Assembly: GCA_041749075.1 (NCBI GenBank)
Contig: JBGTBY010000016.1
Coordinates: 4,015-68,014 of the forward strand
Direction of reading: 5' to 3'
Origin: Balneolales bacterium
Lineage (GTDB): Bacteria > Bacteroidota > Rhodothermia > Balneolales > HLUCCA01
Length of the DNA stretch: 64,000 nucleotides
In this document: positions 17,159-26,083 of the stretch, in pieces
Numbering within the stretch: position 1 is the stretch's first letter
How the letters are laid out: the number at the start of each line of letters is the position of its first letter
Position numbers and translations under genes: made by a program
Notes under the pieces: generated by a model
What the model was told of the DNA's origin: nothing
Databases searched by the model: none
The model's input: the letters and a program-made list of their open reading frames with translations, nothing else

Positions 17159-19585
17159 TTGAGTACCCAAGGTTTAGTAGGTCATTACGTCAAAGTTGGT
17201 TTCCGTGTAATCTTACGCGAGAAGCTGTATGCCATTATTTCGATCATCGGCATGATGGTCGGGGTATCCGCTTTTGTACTGATTTCCATGTACATCCAAG
17301 ATGAACGGGCTTTCGATCAGAATATCCCCGATCCGGAAAACACCTATCGCATCTACAAGAAAATGCTGCCGGGCTCGAATGGCAATGATGGCGCCACTAC
17401 CCCGATGGTTTTGCATGATGTTCTTGTCACGGAATTCGAATCGGATCTGATTGCCACTACGAGGGTCTTCAATTTCCAAACGAAGTATCTGACCCTGTAC
17501 ATCCCTGAAAGTGAAAAGCGGTTCAGTGAGGAGCGCTTTTTTTTAGCCGACAGCGCATTTTTTGATGTGTTTGGCGTGGAGTTCATTTACGGGGATGCGG
17601 CCACGGCTCTGGCCAATCCATTGAGCTTGGTGTTGACCGAATCTTCGGCAATCCGATTGTATGGTAATGAAGACCCGATCGGCAAAACGTTGCGTTTCGA
17701 GGGTCGGATGACATTGAATGTGACCGCCGTTATTCGCGACCCGGATCCAAGGTCGCATCTTCAATACGATATGCTGGCATCGTTCACTAGTCTCAATTCA
17801 TTTTACACACGAGGTATACCCGATACGTGGTTTTGGGACCCGGCATGGACGTATATCCGCCTCAAGCCCGGCACATCAGTGGATGGTGTGGAATCGACAT
17901 TGAAACGCATCGCTGAGACTCGTCTTCCAGATCCCCTCGACAAAGAAATCACCTATCGGTTGCAACGACTGTCCGACATATGGCTCACTTCCGAACTCGA
18001 GGCTGAAATTCGTCCGGTTGGGTCGATACGGCAACTCTATTTGTTCGGCTTCATCGCTCTATTTGTGCTGATGGTGGCGAGCATTAATTCGATGAACCTG
18101 GCCATCGCTCGGATTTCCCGACGCATCCGGGATGTGAGCATGCGGAAATTGATGGGCGCCGATACCTCCCAAATCCTCACACAATTCGCAACGGAGAACG
18201 GGATCATCAGCATCGTTTCGTCCTTTTTTGCGATTGTGGCCATCACGTTCGCTCTGCCTTATTTCAATCGGCTTGCAGGCAAATCCCTCGGAATAAGCAT
18301 CTTTTTGGATCCGATGTTTTGGCTTTTTCTGGTTGGAACCACCCTTGTGATGAGTTTTCTTTCGGGCTTTTATCCCGCCTGGCTGGTCGCAAAAAGCGCC
18401 CCACTTGATCTGATGAGACAAGGAGGGTTGCGACTACGTGGCGGGTACAGTCGAAAAATCCTCATCACCGCTCAATTTCTGACCGCATCCGTCCTGATCA
18501 GCGGAAGTCTGTTTGTGTTGCGACAAATCGATCATGTGCGAAGCGCGGATCTGGGTTTCGACACAACCGATGTGATTGTGTTACCCGTCGCAAATTCCCG
18601 CTTCAATTTCTTCTATGATGAATTCCGCGCTCGTGCGATGACCCATCCGGTGATTGTGGATGTGACCGCATCCAATGAGATCATCGGCGCTCAAAGCGCT
18701 CTATTCGATTACTCAGCGGAAGGGGACCGGAACCAAGACAAAACCTCGTATCCGTTTTTGTTTGTGACGCCGGGATTCGACAGGGTGATGGATGTGACCC
18801 TTCTCGCCGGTCGAGCCTTTTCGACCGAATTTCCCACAGATGCAACCGAAGCCGTCATGATGAATGAATCGATGGTGAAACGCCTCGGATGGTCCAGCCC
18901 GGAAGAGGCCATCGGGAAATGGGTGACACGCGATGATTTCCAATATCGCGTGATTGGGGTTGTGAATGATTTCAACACATCCAGCCTGCATAAACCCATC
19001 GATCCACTCATGTTGGAAATGCCGATTCCACTGGCGTTTCCAGCGCAAATTAAATATGTGCATGTGCGCGCGGCGCCGGGTCAGACCGAAGCCGCCCTTG
19101 AGATGATGCGGGAATTGCATGCGGAATTCGATCCGCGTCGGTTGTTTCTGCCGTTTATGTTGAAAGACGAGCTGAACGAATTGTATCAATCGGAACGTCG
19201 GATGGCAGATATCGTGACCGTATTCGGTATGTTGGCGGCCTTGATCGCTGGACTCGGCTTGTTCGGCATGGCCAGCTTCACGTGCGAAGCCCGTCGCAAA
19301 GAAATCAGCATCCGGAATGTGATGGGTGCCAACACCGGTGGATTGGTCTGGATACTCGCCAAAGAATTCACCGTCCTCGTGGTGATCTCGCTACTGCTTT
19401 CGATTCCCATCCAGCTGAAACTGCTCCGTACTTGGTTAGAGAATTTCTCCTATCAAACCCCAATCGATCCGATCGTTTTTCTTGTGACCGGACTGATGGT
19501 GTTGATTTTGGCATGGATGTCGGTAGGACTTCATATCTGGGACACCATCCGCCGGAATCCGGCCGACACGTTGCGTTACGAATAA
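17159..19585 (+). CDS. MacB/FtsX-like ABC transporter permease 4
   Basis: Same architecture with more divergent motifs, ends NPADTLRYE; the TTG start is uncertain. Confidence 0.9.
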   Translation: MSTQGLVGHYVKVGFRVILREKLYAIISIIGMMVGVSAFVLISMYIQDERAFDQNIPDPENTYRIYKKMLPGSNGNDGATTPMVLHDVLVTEFESDLIATTRVFNFQTKYLTLYIPESEKRFSEERFFLADSAFFDVFGVEFIYGDAATALANPLSLVLTESSAIRLYGNEDPIGKTLRFEGRMTLNVTAVIRDPDPRSHLQYDMLASFTSLNSFYTRGIPDTWFWDPAWTYIRLKPGTSVDGVESTLKRIAETRLPDPLDKEITYRLQRLSDIWLTSELEAEIRPVGSIRQLYLFGFIALFVLMVASINSMNLAIARISRRIRDVSMRKLMGADTSQILTQFATENGIISIVSSFFAIVAITFALPYFNRLAGKSLGISIFLDPMFWLFLVGTTLVMSFLSGFYPAWLVAKSAPLDLMRQGGLRLRGGYSRKILITAQFLTASVLISGSLFVLRQIDHVRSADLGFDTTDVIVLPVANSRFNFFYDEFRARAMTHPVIVDVTASNEIIGAQSALFDYSAEGDRNQDKTSYPFLFVTPGFDRVMDVTLLAGRAFSTEFPTDATEAVMMNESMVKRLGWSSPEEAIGKWVTRDDFQYRVIGVVNDFNTSSLHKPIDPLMLEMPIPLAFPAQIKYVHVRAAPGQTEAALEMMRELHAEFDPRRLFLPFMLKDELNELYQSERRMADIVTVFGMLAALIAGLGLFGMASFTCEARRKEISIRNVMGANTGGLVWILAKEFTVLVVISLLLSIPIQLKLLRTWLENFSYQTPIDPIVFLVTGLMVLILAWMSVGLHIWDTIRRNPADTLRYE

Positions 19586-19707
19586 CAACGCACGCTATCC
19601 GTCACAGCTTCAAGGTGTTTCGACACATCGACCGCATATCGCCTCGCTACTTGGCGTATCGGCTTCTGAACTCACGTTTCTACCACTAAATCTTCTCAGG
19701 AGCCAAT

Positions 19708-20145
19708 ATGACAACAGCCATTCTTATCGCAGCCTTCGTGCTGAATGTGAACACCTCACCCGCGAACGATCTGTTCAGCGCGGTGAAAATGAATGAAACC
19801 GCAAAAGTGGTGCATCTCGTCGCCAATGGGTTTGATGTGAATGCCACCGACCATCTCGGAATGACACCCTTGATGTATGCGTCGCGCCATGAGGATGGTG
19901 CCTTGATCGATTACCTGATTTCGCAAGGAGCGGATGTCAATGCGCAGAACAATGCCGGAGCGACGGCCATTTTCATCGCCACCCGCCATAATCGCTTATC
20001 GATTGTTGCAAAATTGATCACCGCAGGAGCGGATCTGTCCATCCGGAACGGTGAAGGACACCGGGTTCGTGATATCGCCCGCATGTACGATCGTCCGATG
20101 ATCGAAAGTCTGATCTCCGGACACCTTCGCTCACTGCGTAGTTAA
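19708..20145 (+). CDS. Small secreted ankyrin-repeat protein
   Basis: GMTPLMYA..LISQGADVNAQNNAGATAI repeats, AGGAG RBS, hydrophobic N-terminus. Confidence 0.9.
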   Translation: MTTAILIAAFVLNVNTSPANDLFSAVKMNETAKVVHLVANGFDVNATDHLGMTPLMYASRHEDGALIDYLISQGADVNAQNNAGATAIFIATRHNRLSIVAKLITAGADLSIRNGEGHRVRDIARMYDRPMIESLISGHLRSLRS

Positions 20146-21473
20146 AACCTCAATGTGAAGCTCGTCATGGATCCCGGTTCGCTCTGAACACTGAGGGATC
20201 CATGATGAAGCCTCATGATTTGTTTCGATAAGCTAAGACCGATGCCACTGCCGGTCTTTTTTGTTGTGAAAAAGGGGATGAAAATATTGGCGATCACCCC
20301 AGGTTCGATTCCAGGACCATTGTCCGACACCCGCATCAGCACGCGCCCTCTTTCATCCAACTGCGCCTGCAACACGATCACACCTTCCGCAGAATCGCTG
20401 AGCGCATCGCGCGCATTCAGAATGAGGTTGATCAGCACTTGTTCGATCAAGTCGCCATCCGCGGTCACTTCCAAACTTTCCGGCTCCACACTTCGAAGCA
20501 ATTGAATGGAACGTCCTTCCAATTCGGTCTCCATCAGCCGACACACATTGTCGAACAAGGATTCGATGCCCACGATCTGGTAATCCGGTTTGGGGATGCG
20601 GGTGAGCTGGCGATAGGTTTCCACGAAATGCAGGAGTCCTTCCGAGCGCCGCTGAATGGTTTCCAGCGCATTCCGGATGTCGCCCAGATCTTCTTTCGCG
20701 ATGGATTCGGTATCGGATATCAGCGTTTTGGATGTGGCCGCAAGCGAGGAAATCGGGGTCACGGAATTCATCATTTCATGGGTGAGAACCCGAATCAAGC
20801 TGTGCCACGCTTCCATTTCCTTCTCTTCCAATTCGCTCTGGATGTTCTGCAACGACACCAGCATCACGTGCCGGTCGCGCAATTTCATTTCCGTGGCGTG
20901 GATGGATATATGCAGGATGTCGTCTTGATGCGTCGTTTTCACCAAACGGCGTTCACCTGTTTTGATGGATGAGAGCACAGACACAAATTCCGGACTGAAA
21001 TACTCGAACGCGCGGATGGATCTAGGATTCGGATATCTCAGCATCCGCTTCGCCGCTCCGTTGTACAAATCGATCTCCCCATTCTGATCGTAGCTCAGCA
21101 AACCGATGCCCACGTGCTGAACCACGGTCTGCAAATAATGATAATGTTCTTCTTTCTCCGTGCGGGTCTTCTTGAAATGGGTGATGACCTCAGTGAACGC
21201 CTGATTCAGCTCGGCGAATGAATCTCCACTTTTGGTCGGGAATGTTTGTGTGAAATCCTCATATCGGATGGCACGTAAAAAACGCGACAAATCATGATTG
21301 GTTCGGTCCACAAATCGGAACAGAAGCCAAATTTGGACAAGTACACCAATGGCCAACAGGATGGTGGTGGCGAACAGGTTGGACGCCATGCCCAAGCTCA
21401 AGGCCAAAACAATGGTTCCGGTGAGCAAGCCCAACCGGATGATCATCTGAAATCGGAAATGCTTAAAGACCAT
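20142..21473 (-). CDS. Sensor histidine kinase (2 TM, PAS-like, HisKA, HATPase)
   Basis: LTHEMMNS H-box, EQVLINLILNA, DNGPG and FFTTKKTGSGIGL motifs. Confidence 0.95.
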   Translation of the reverse strand: MVFKHFRFQMIIRLGLLTGTIVLALSLGMASNLFATTILLAIGVLVQIWLLFRFVDRTNHDLSRFLRAIRYEDFTQTFPTKSGDSFAELNQAFTEVITHFKKTRTEKEEHYHYLQTVVQHVGIGLLSYDQNGEIDLYNGAAKRMLRYPNPRSIRAFEYFSPEFVSVLSSIKTGERRLVKTTHQDDILHISIHATEMKLRDRHVMLVSLQNIQSELEEKEMEAWHSLIRVLTHEMMNSVTPISSLAATSKTLISDTESIAKEDLGDIRNALETIQRRSEGLLHFVETYRQLTRIPKPDYQIVGIESLFDNVCRLMETELEGRSIQLLRSVEPESLEVTADGDLIEQVLINLILNARDALSDSAEGVIVLQAQLDERGRVLMRVSDNGPGIEPGVIANIFIPFFTTKKTGSGIGLSLSKQIMRLHHGSLSVQSEPGSMTSFTLRF

Positions 21474-22830
21474 ATTTTTCGATTCGTCTGTATAAAGCGG
21501 CGCGGGTGAGACCCAATTCGTTCGCCGCTCGGGTGATGTTGCCGTCGTATCGGTCCAATGCTCTGCGGATCACGGTCTTTTCCATGTTTTCCAGATCCAT
21601 TTCCTCCAATCCAACCGACCGATGATGGTTGGATGCGATCACATCCGCGGGTTCCAAGACATGCGTTTCACTCATGATCACCGCTCGCTCCATCGCATGC
21701 TGCAATTCACGGATGTTCCCAGGCCATGAATGATTCATCAACGCCGCTTCCGCCCCCACAGACAACATTGGTTCCACTTTTCGATACTTCTTGGCATACG
21801 TCTGAAGGAAATGGCGCGCCAGTTGCAACACATCCTTTCCTCGTTCACGAAGCGGCGGCAAGGAGATTTCAACGGTGTTGATTCTGTATAACAAATCCTG
21901 TCTGAAGGACTTCTCCCTCACCATATCATGGATCGGCATGTTCGTGGCGAAAATGAGTCGGGTGTCAAACGCCACAGGCTTGCTCGACCCCACTCGGGTG
22001 ACTTCCCGATTTTGAATCACCGTCAACAGCTTCGATTGCATGCTCAGCGACAAGTTGCCGATTTCATCCAAGAACAGACTTCCGCCATCGGCCACTTCAA
22101 ATCGGCCTGGGCGCTCATCCCTGGCATCGGTAAATGCACCTTTTGTATGGCCAAACAACTCACTTTCGAAGAGGGACTCGGTGATGGATCCCATATCCAC
22201 CGATAAAAATAATTCGTTCGAGCGTTCCGATCCCCGATGCAACGCCCGGGCAACCAGTTCTTTACCGGTACCATTTTCGCCTAGAATCAACACATTCGCA
22301 TCGGTTTTTGCCACTTTCTCAATCATGCGGAACACATCGCGCATGGGAGCCGAAGAGCCGATGATGTCGTGGTATGGCGTATCGAGGTCGCGTGAGAGCT
22401 GATGTTGCCTTGTGCGCCATTTCTCGACCTCGTGCCGCGTCTCACGAAGCGTGAGCGCCGATGCCAAAGTGGCCAGAAGTTTCTCGTTTTGCCACGGTTT
22501 CAGCACAAAGTCGGTGGCGCCTTCTTTCATTGCCCGAACGGCGGTTTCCACGCCGCCATAGGCCGTCATCAATACAACGACGGAATGCGGATCTCGGTCG
22601 CGGATTTCTTTCAACCAAAAAAATCCTTCATTGCCGCTGGCCACATCCCGCTTGAAATTCATATCCAGAAAAATGACATCAAATTCCTGCTCGTTCAGCA
22701 GTTCGGGTAACATGGCGGGATCGGGTGAGGTGAGCACCGTTTCGACATGCGGTTTAAGAACCATGCGCGCGGCGAAGAGAACATCCTCGTCGTCGTCGAT
22801 CACCAAAATTCGTCCCTTTTTCATAGACAT
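21463..22830 (-). CDS. Sigma-54-dependent (NtrC-family) response regulator
   Basis: Receiver DDD and DMNF, GENGTGKE, ESELFGHTKGAFTDA, WPGNIREL and a Fis-type HTH. Confidence 0.96.
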   Translation of the reverse strand: MSMKKGRILVIDDDEDVLFAARMVLKPHVETVLTSPDPAMLPELLNEQEFDVIFLDMNFKRDVASGNEGFFWLKEIRDRDPHSVVVLMTAYGGVETAVRAMKEGATDFVLKPWQNEKLLATLASALTLRETRHEVEKWRTRQHQLSRDLDTPYHDIIGSSAPMRDVFRMIEKVAKTDANVLILGENGTGKELVARALHRGSERSNELFLSVDMGSITESLFESELFGHTKGAFTDARDERPGRFEVADGGSLFLDEIGNLSLSMQSKLLTVIQNREVTRVGSSKPVAFDTRLIFATNMPIHDMVREKSFRQDLLYRINTVEISLPPLRERGKDVLQLARHFLQTYAKKYRKVEPMLSVGAEAALMNHSWPGNIRELQHAMERAVIMSETHVLEPADVIASNHHRSVGLEEMDLENMEKTVIRRALDRYDGNITRAANELGLTRAALYRRIEKYGL

Positions 22831-22898
22831 GATCGGTATGAAGTGAAAAATCCGTGCCGGAATGTGAAATCCGGGTATTCAGGCGGAATATAGCATCG

Positions 22899-22984
22899 AC
22901 TGTCCGATATCGGACAGTATATTGTGCAGGAACGGACAACTTCAAGGTGATATATTGCCCCGTTCGGGTTGGCACAGGAATTGA
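22899..22984 (+). promoter_or_regulatory. Sigma-54 promoter with tandem activator sites
   Basis: Perfect 20-bp palindrome ACTGTCCGATATCGGACAGT (22899-22918), TGTGCAGGAACGGACA (22923-22938) and TTGGCACAGGAATTGA (GG at 22971). Confidence 0.8.
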
Positions 22985-22996
22985 AACAGGAAGGAC

Positions 22997-24247
22997 ATGG
23001 ATCGAAAAATCGAGAAGAAAACGTTTACCGCGAAGAATGTTGCCTTATATGGCGGACTAATTGCCGTAGTGGCGTTTATAGCCTATCAGTTCATCTGGGC
23101 TGATACCAGCCGACGTTTGAATGTCGAAATGGATCGACTCACGGTCTCTACAGTAGAAACTGGAGAGTTTCAGGAATTCATCCCAGTGAATGGGACGGTC
23201 ATCCCTATCCGCACGATTTATCTGGATATGGTGGAAGGTGGACGTGTCGAACGATTGTTTGTGGACGGTGGCGAACTGGTCCGCGCCGGGGATACGCTCA
23301 TGGTTCTAGGAAACAACAATCTGCAGTTGGATGTGTTGAACCGCGAATCGCAGACCTTGGAACAGATCAACAATTTGCAGAACACACGTCTGGCTTTGCA
23401 ACAAGAACGATTGAGTCTGAGAAACCAAGTACTCACCTTGGAAACCGATTTGCTGACCCGTCGCCGGAATTTCGAGCGCGACAACGTATTGATGGAGCGG
23501 GAACTGATTTCGGAACATCAGTTCTTGGAATCGAAACAGTTGTATGAGCAAATATTACAACGCCGCGATCTGGTGAAAGAACAAATTTCTTTGGATTCCC
23601 TCGCGACAGAGAATCAATTGAAGTTCATCGACGCGTCTCTCATCCGCATGCAAAGCAATCTGAGGTTGGTTACGAGGAGCACGGATTATCTGGTGGTTCG
23701 GGCGCCGGTCACGGGTCAGCTCACATCCATCAATGCGGAAATCGGTGAGAATAAGAACCGGGGCGAACGCATCGGACAAATCGATGTGCTGGATGGGTAT
23801 AAAGTTCGCGTGGGGATCGATGAACATTATATTTCCCGCATCCAATCGGGTCAGGCAGGCAGTTTTGACTTCGCAGGACAATCGTACACCTTGACCATCA
23901 CGAAAATTTATCCGGAAGTGCGAGAAGGCCGCTTCGAAGTGGATATGGAATTCCAAGGAACGGTGCCCGAAGGCATCCGTCGCGGACAAACCCTTCGTGT
24001 TCGCTTAGCGATCGGCGATTTCAGCGAAGCGATGCTTTTGCCTCGAGGCGGGTTTTTCCAAGCCACCGGTGGAAACTGGGTGTTTGTGTTGGATGAAGGT
24101 GGCCAAACCGCATCCCGCCGCCCCATCCGCATTGGTCGGCAAAGCCCGATCTTTTATGAAATTCTGGACGGCTTGCAACCTGGTGAGCGCGTCATCACAT
24201 CTTCTTATGACACATTTGGCGATAACGAACGACTCATTCTTCAATAA
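22997..24247 (+). CDS. Efflux periplasmic adaptor (MacA/HlyD-like)
   Basis: N-terminal TM, EGGRVERLFVDGGELV lipoyl half, coiled coil, VRAPVTG and EILDGLQPGERVI motifs. Confidence 0.93.
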   Translation: MDRKIEKKTFTAKNVALYGGLIAVVAFIAYQFIWADTSRRLNVEMDRLTVSTVETGEFQEFIPVNGTVIPIRTIYLDMVEGGRVERLFVDGGELVRAGDTLMVLGNNNLQLDVLNRESQTLEQINNLQNTRLALQQERLSLRNQVLTLETDLLTRRRNFERDNVLMERELISEHQFLESKQLYEQILQRRDLVKEQISLDSLATENQLKFIDASLIRMQSNLRLVTRSTDYLVVRAPVTGQLTSINAEIGENKNRGERIGQIDVLDGYKVRVGIDEHYISRIQSGQAGSFDFAGQSYTLTITKIYPEVREGRFEVDMEFQGTVPEGIRRGQTLRVRLAIGDFSEAMLLPRGGFFQATGGNWVFVLDEGGQTASRRPIRIGRQSPIFYEILDGLQPGERVITSSYDTFGDNERLILQ

Positions 24248-24256
24248 ATACCTCCT

Positions 24257-24952
24257 ATGATCAAAACAGTCAACCTCAAAAAGTTATATACCACAGAAGA
24301 GGTGGAAACCACCGCTCTGAACAACGTGAACCTCGAAATAAAGCAAGGGGAATTCGTCGCGATCATGGGTCCGTCGGGTTGCGGAAAATCCACCTTGTTG
24401 AACATCGTGGGATTATTGGATAATCCATCCAGCGGTGAGTATTGGTTTTTGGACCAAGAAATTTCAAAGATGTCGGAGCGTCAGCGAGCGAACATCCGCA
24501 AACAGAACATCGGATTCGTGTTCCAGAGCTTCAATCTGATCGATGAGCTCACGGTATTTGAAAACATCGAACTACCGCTGATCTACCAAGGTGTGTCGTC
24601 TTCCGAGCGCAAAACCCGTGTTGAAAAAGTGATGGAGCATATGCAGATCTCGCATCGCTCGGGTCACTTTCCGCAACAACTATCGGGCGGACAACAGCAA
24701 CGTGTGGCCATTTCCCGCGCCGTGGTTGGTGAGCAAAAATTGATTCTCGCGGATGAACCGACCGGTAATTTGGATTCGAAGAATGGTGAGGAAGTGATGA
24801 AACTCCTCACGCAATTGAATGATGCCGGTACGACGATCGTGATGGTGACGCACTCGAACATCGATTCGGAATACGCCCATCGCATCATCCATCTGTTCGA
24901 CGGACATGTGGTGAGCGAAAACTACATGGAGAAGCATAAGGCAATGGCGTAA
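24257..24952 (+). CDS. ABC transporter ATP-binding protein (MacB/LolD-like)
   Basis: GPSGCGKST, LSGGQQQRV and ILADEPTGNLD motifs. Confidence 0.97.
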   Translation: MIKTVNLKKLYTTEEVETTALNNVNLEIKQGEFVAIMGPSGCGKSTLLNIVGLLDNPSSGEYWFLDQEISKMSERQRANIRKQNIGFVFQSFNLIDELTVFENIELPLIYQGVSSSERKTRVEKVMEHMQISHRSGHFPQQLSGGQQQRVAISRAVVGEQKLILADEPTGNLDSKNGEEVMKLLTQLNDAGTTIVMVTHSNIDSEYAHRIIHLFDGHVVSENYMEKHKAMA

Positions 24953-24964
24953 ATTGTCGGCCAC

Positions 24965-26083
24965 ATGGCCGGACTTTATCTCCACATTCCTTTCTGCCGG
25001 CAAGCCTGCAGCTACTGCGATTTTTACTTCGTCACGAAAGCCGACAAGATGTCGGTTTTCGTGGATGCGTTGAGCGCGGAGATCCGCGCGTCGCAATGGG
25101 ATCATGCCATCCATACCATTTATTTCGGAGGCGGAACGCCTTCCCGATTACCGATTCCTGAGCTGGCGCGAGTTTTCGAAGCCTTGCATGAACGATTCGA
25201 TCTGAGCGCCATAGAAGAAATCACGTTGGAAGCGAACCCGGATGATGTGTCCGCCGCATATCTCGCGGACCTGAAATCTCTGGGTGTCACGCGCCTGAGC
25301 ATGGGGGTGCAGAGTTTCTCGGAAGAGCGATTGCGGTTCATGAATCGCGCACACAACTCAGAAGAAGCCAAGAAATGTCTGCAATTACTGAATGAAGCGG
25401 GCTTCAAGACATGGACAGCGGATCTGATCTATGGAAATCCGGGTCAGTCGGTTGAAGATCTTCGCACGGATATCAACACATTACTTTCGTTCAATCCGCC
25501 GCATGTTTCCGCATATGCGCTCACGATCGAGCCGCGCACGAGATTAGGCAAACAGGTCGAATTGGGCAAGTTGATGGAGACCGATGATGGGATGGTGGCC
25601 GAGCACATGGATGTCGTTGCTGAAATGCTCGCCATAGCCGGATTACAGCGCTATGAAGTGAGCAACTTTTCCAAGCCAGGTCACGAAGCCGTGCACAACA
25701 GCAAGTATTGGACGCACGAGCCCTACTTGGGATTTGGTCCGGCGGCACATAGTTTCGATGGGGCGCGGCGATGGTCAAACGTGCGGGATTTGGCCAGGTA
25801 CGTGGCGTCGGGAGGATTCTTACAGCGCGACGATCTCGAAACATTGACCACGACCCAGTTGGCGGAAGAACGACTGTTGATGGGGTTGCGCACTCGGGAA
25901 GGACTTACCCGAACCGAGCTTCGGGAACGGTACCGCTACGAGTTGGGGGCGGGGCAGGAGGGGGTGGTTCGACGAATGGTTCAGCAAGGCCTACTGACCG
26001 ATGATGGAAACCGCATCTGTCTCACATCCGCTGGTTATCCTCTTGCGGATGCCATCACATTGAACATCACAGCAGAATCCTGA
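24965..26083 (+). CDS. hemW: Radical SAM heme chaperone HemW
   Basis: LYLHIPFCRQACSYCDF, YFGGGTPS, YEVSNF and HNSKYW motifs. Confidence 0.92.
   Translation: MAGLYLHIPFCRQACSYCDFYFVTKADKMSVFVDALSAEIRASQWDHAIHTIYFGGGTPSRLPIPELARVFEALHERFDLSAIEEITLEANPDDVSAAYLADLKSLGVTRLSMGVQSFSEERLRFMNRAHNSEEAKKCLQLLNEAGFKTWTADLIYGNPGQSVEDLRTDINTLLSFNPPHVSAYALTIEPRTRLGKQVELGKLMETDDGMVAEHMDVVAEMLAIAGLQRYEVSNFSKPGHEAVHNSKYWTHEPYLGFGPAAHSFDGARRWSNVRDLARYVASGGFLQRDDLETLTTTQLAEERLLMGLRTREGLTRTELRERYRYELGAGQEGVVRRMVQQGLLTDDGNRICLTSAGYPLADAITLNITAES

Noticed and set aside
19651-19670. Fourth sigma-54 promoter before the ankyrin gene
   Set aside because: TTGGCG is present but there is no TTG at -14 to -12 and no TGTCCG/CGGACA activator sites.
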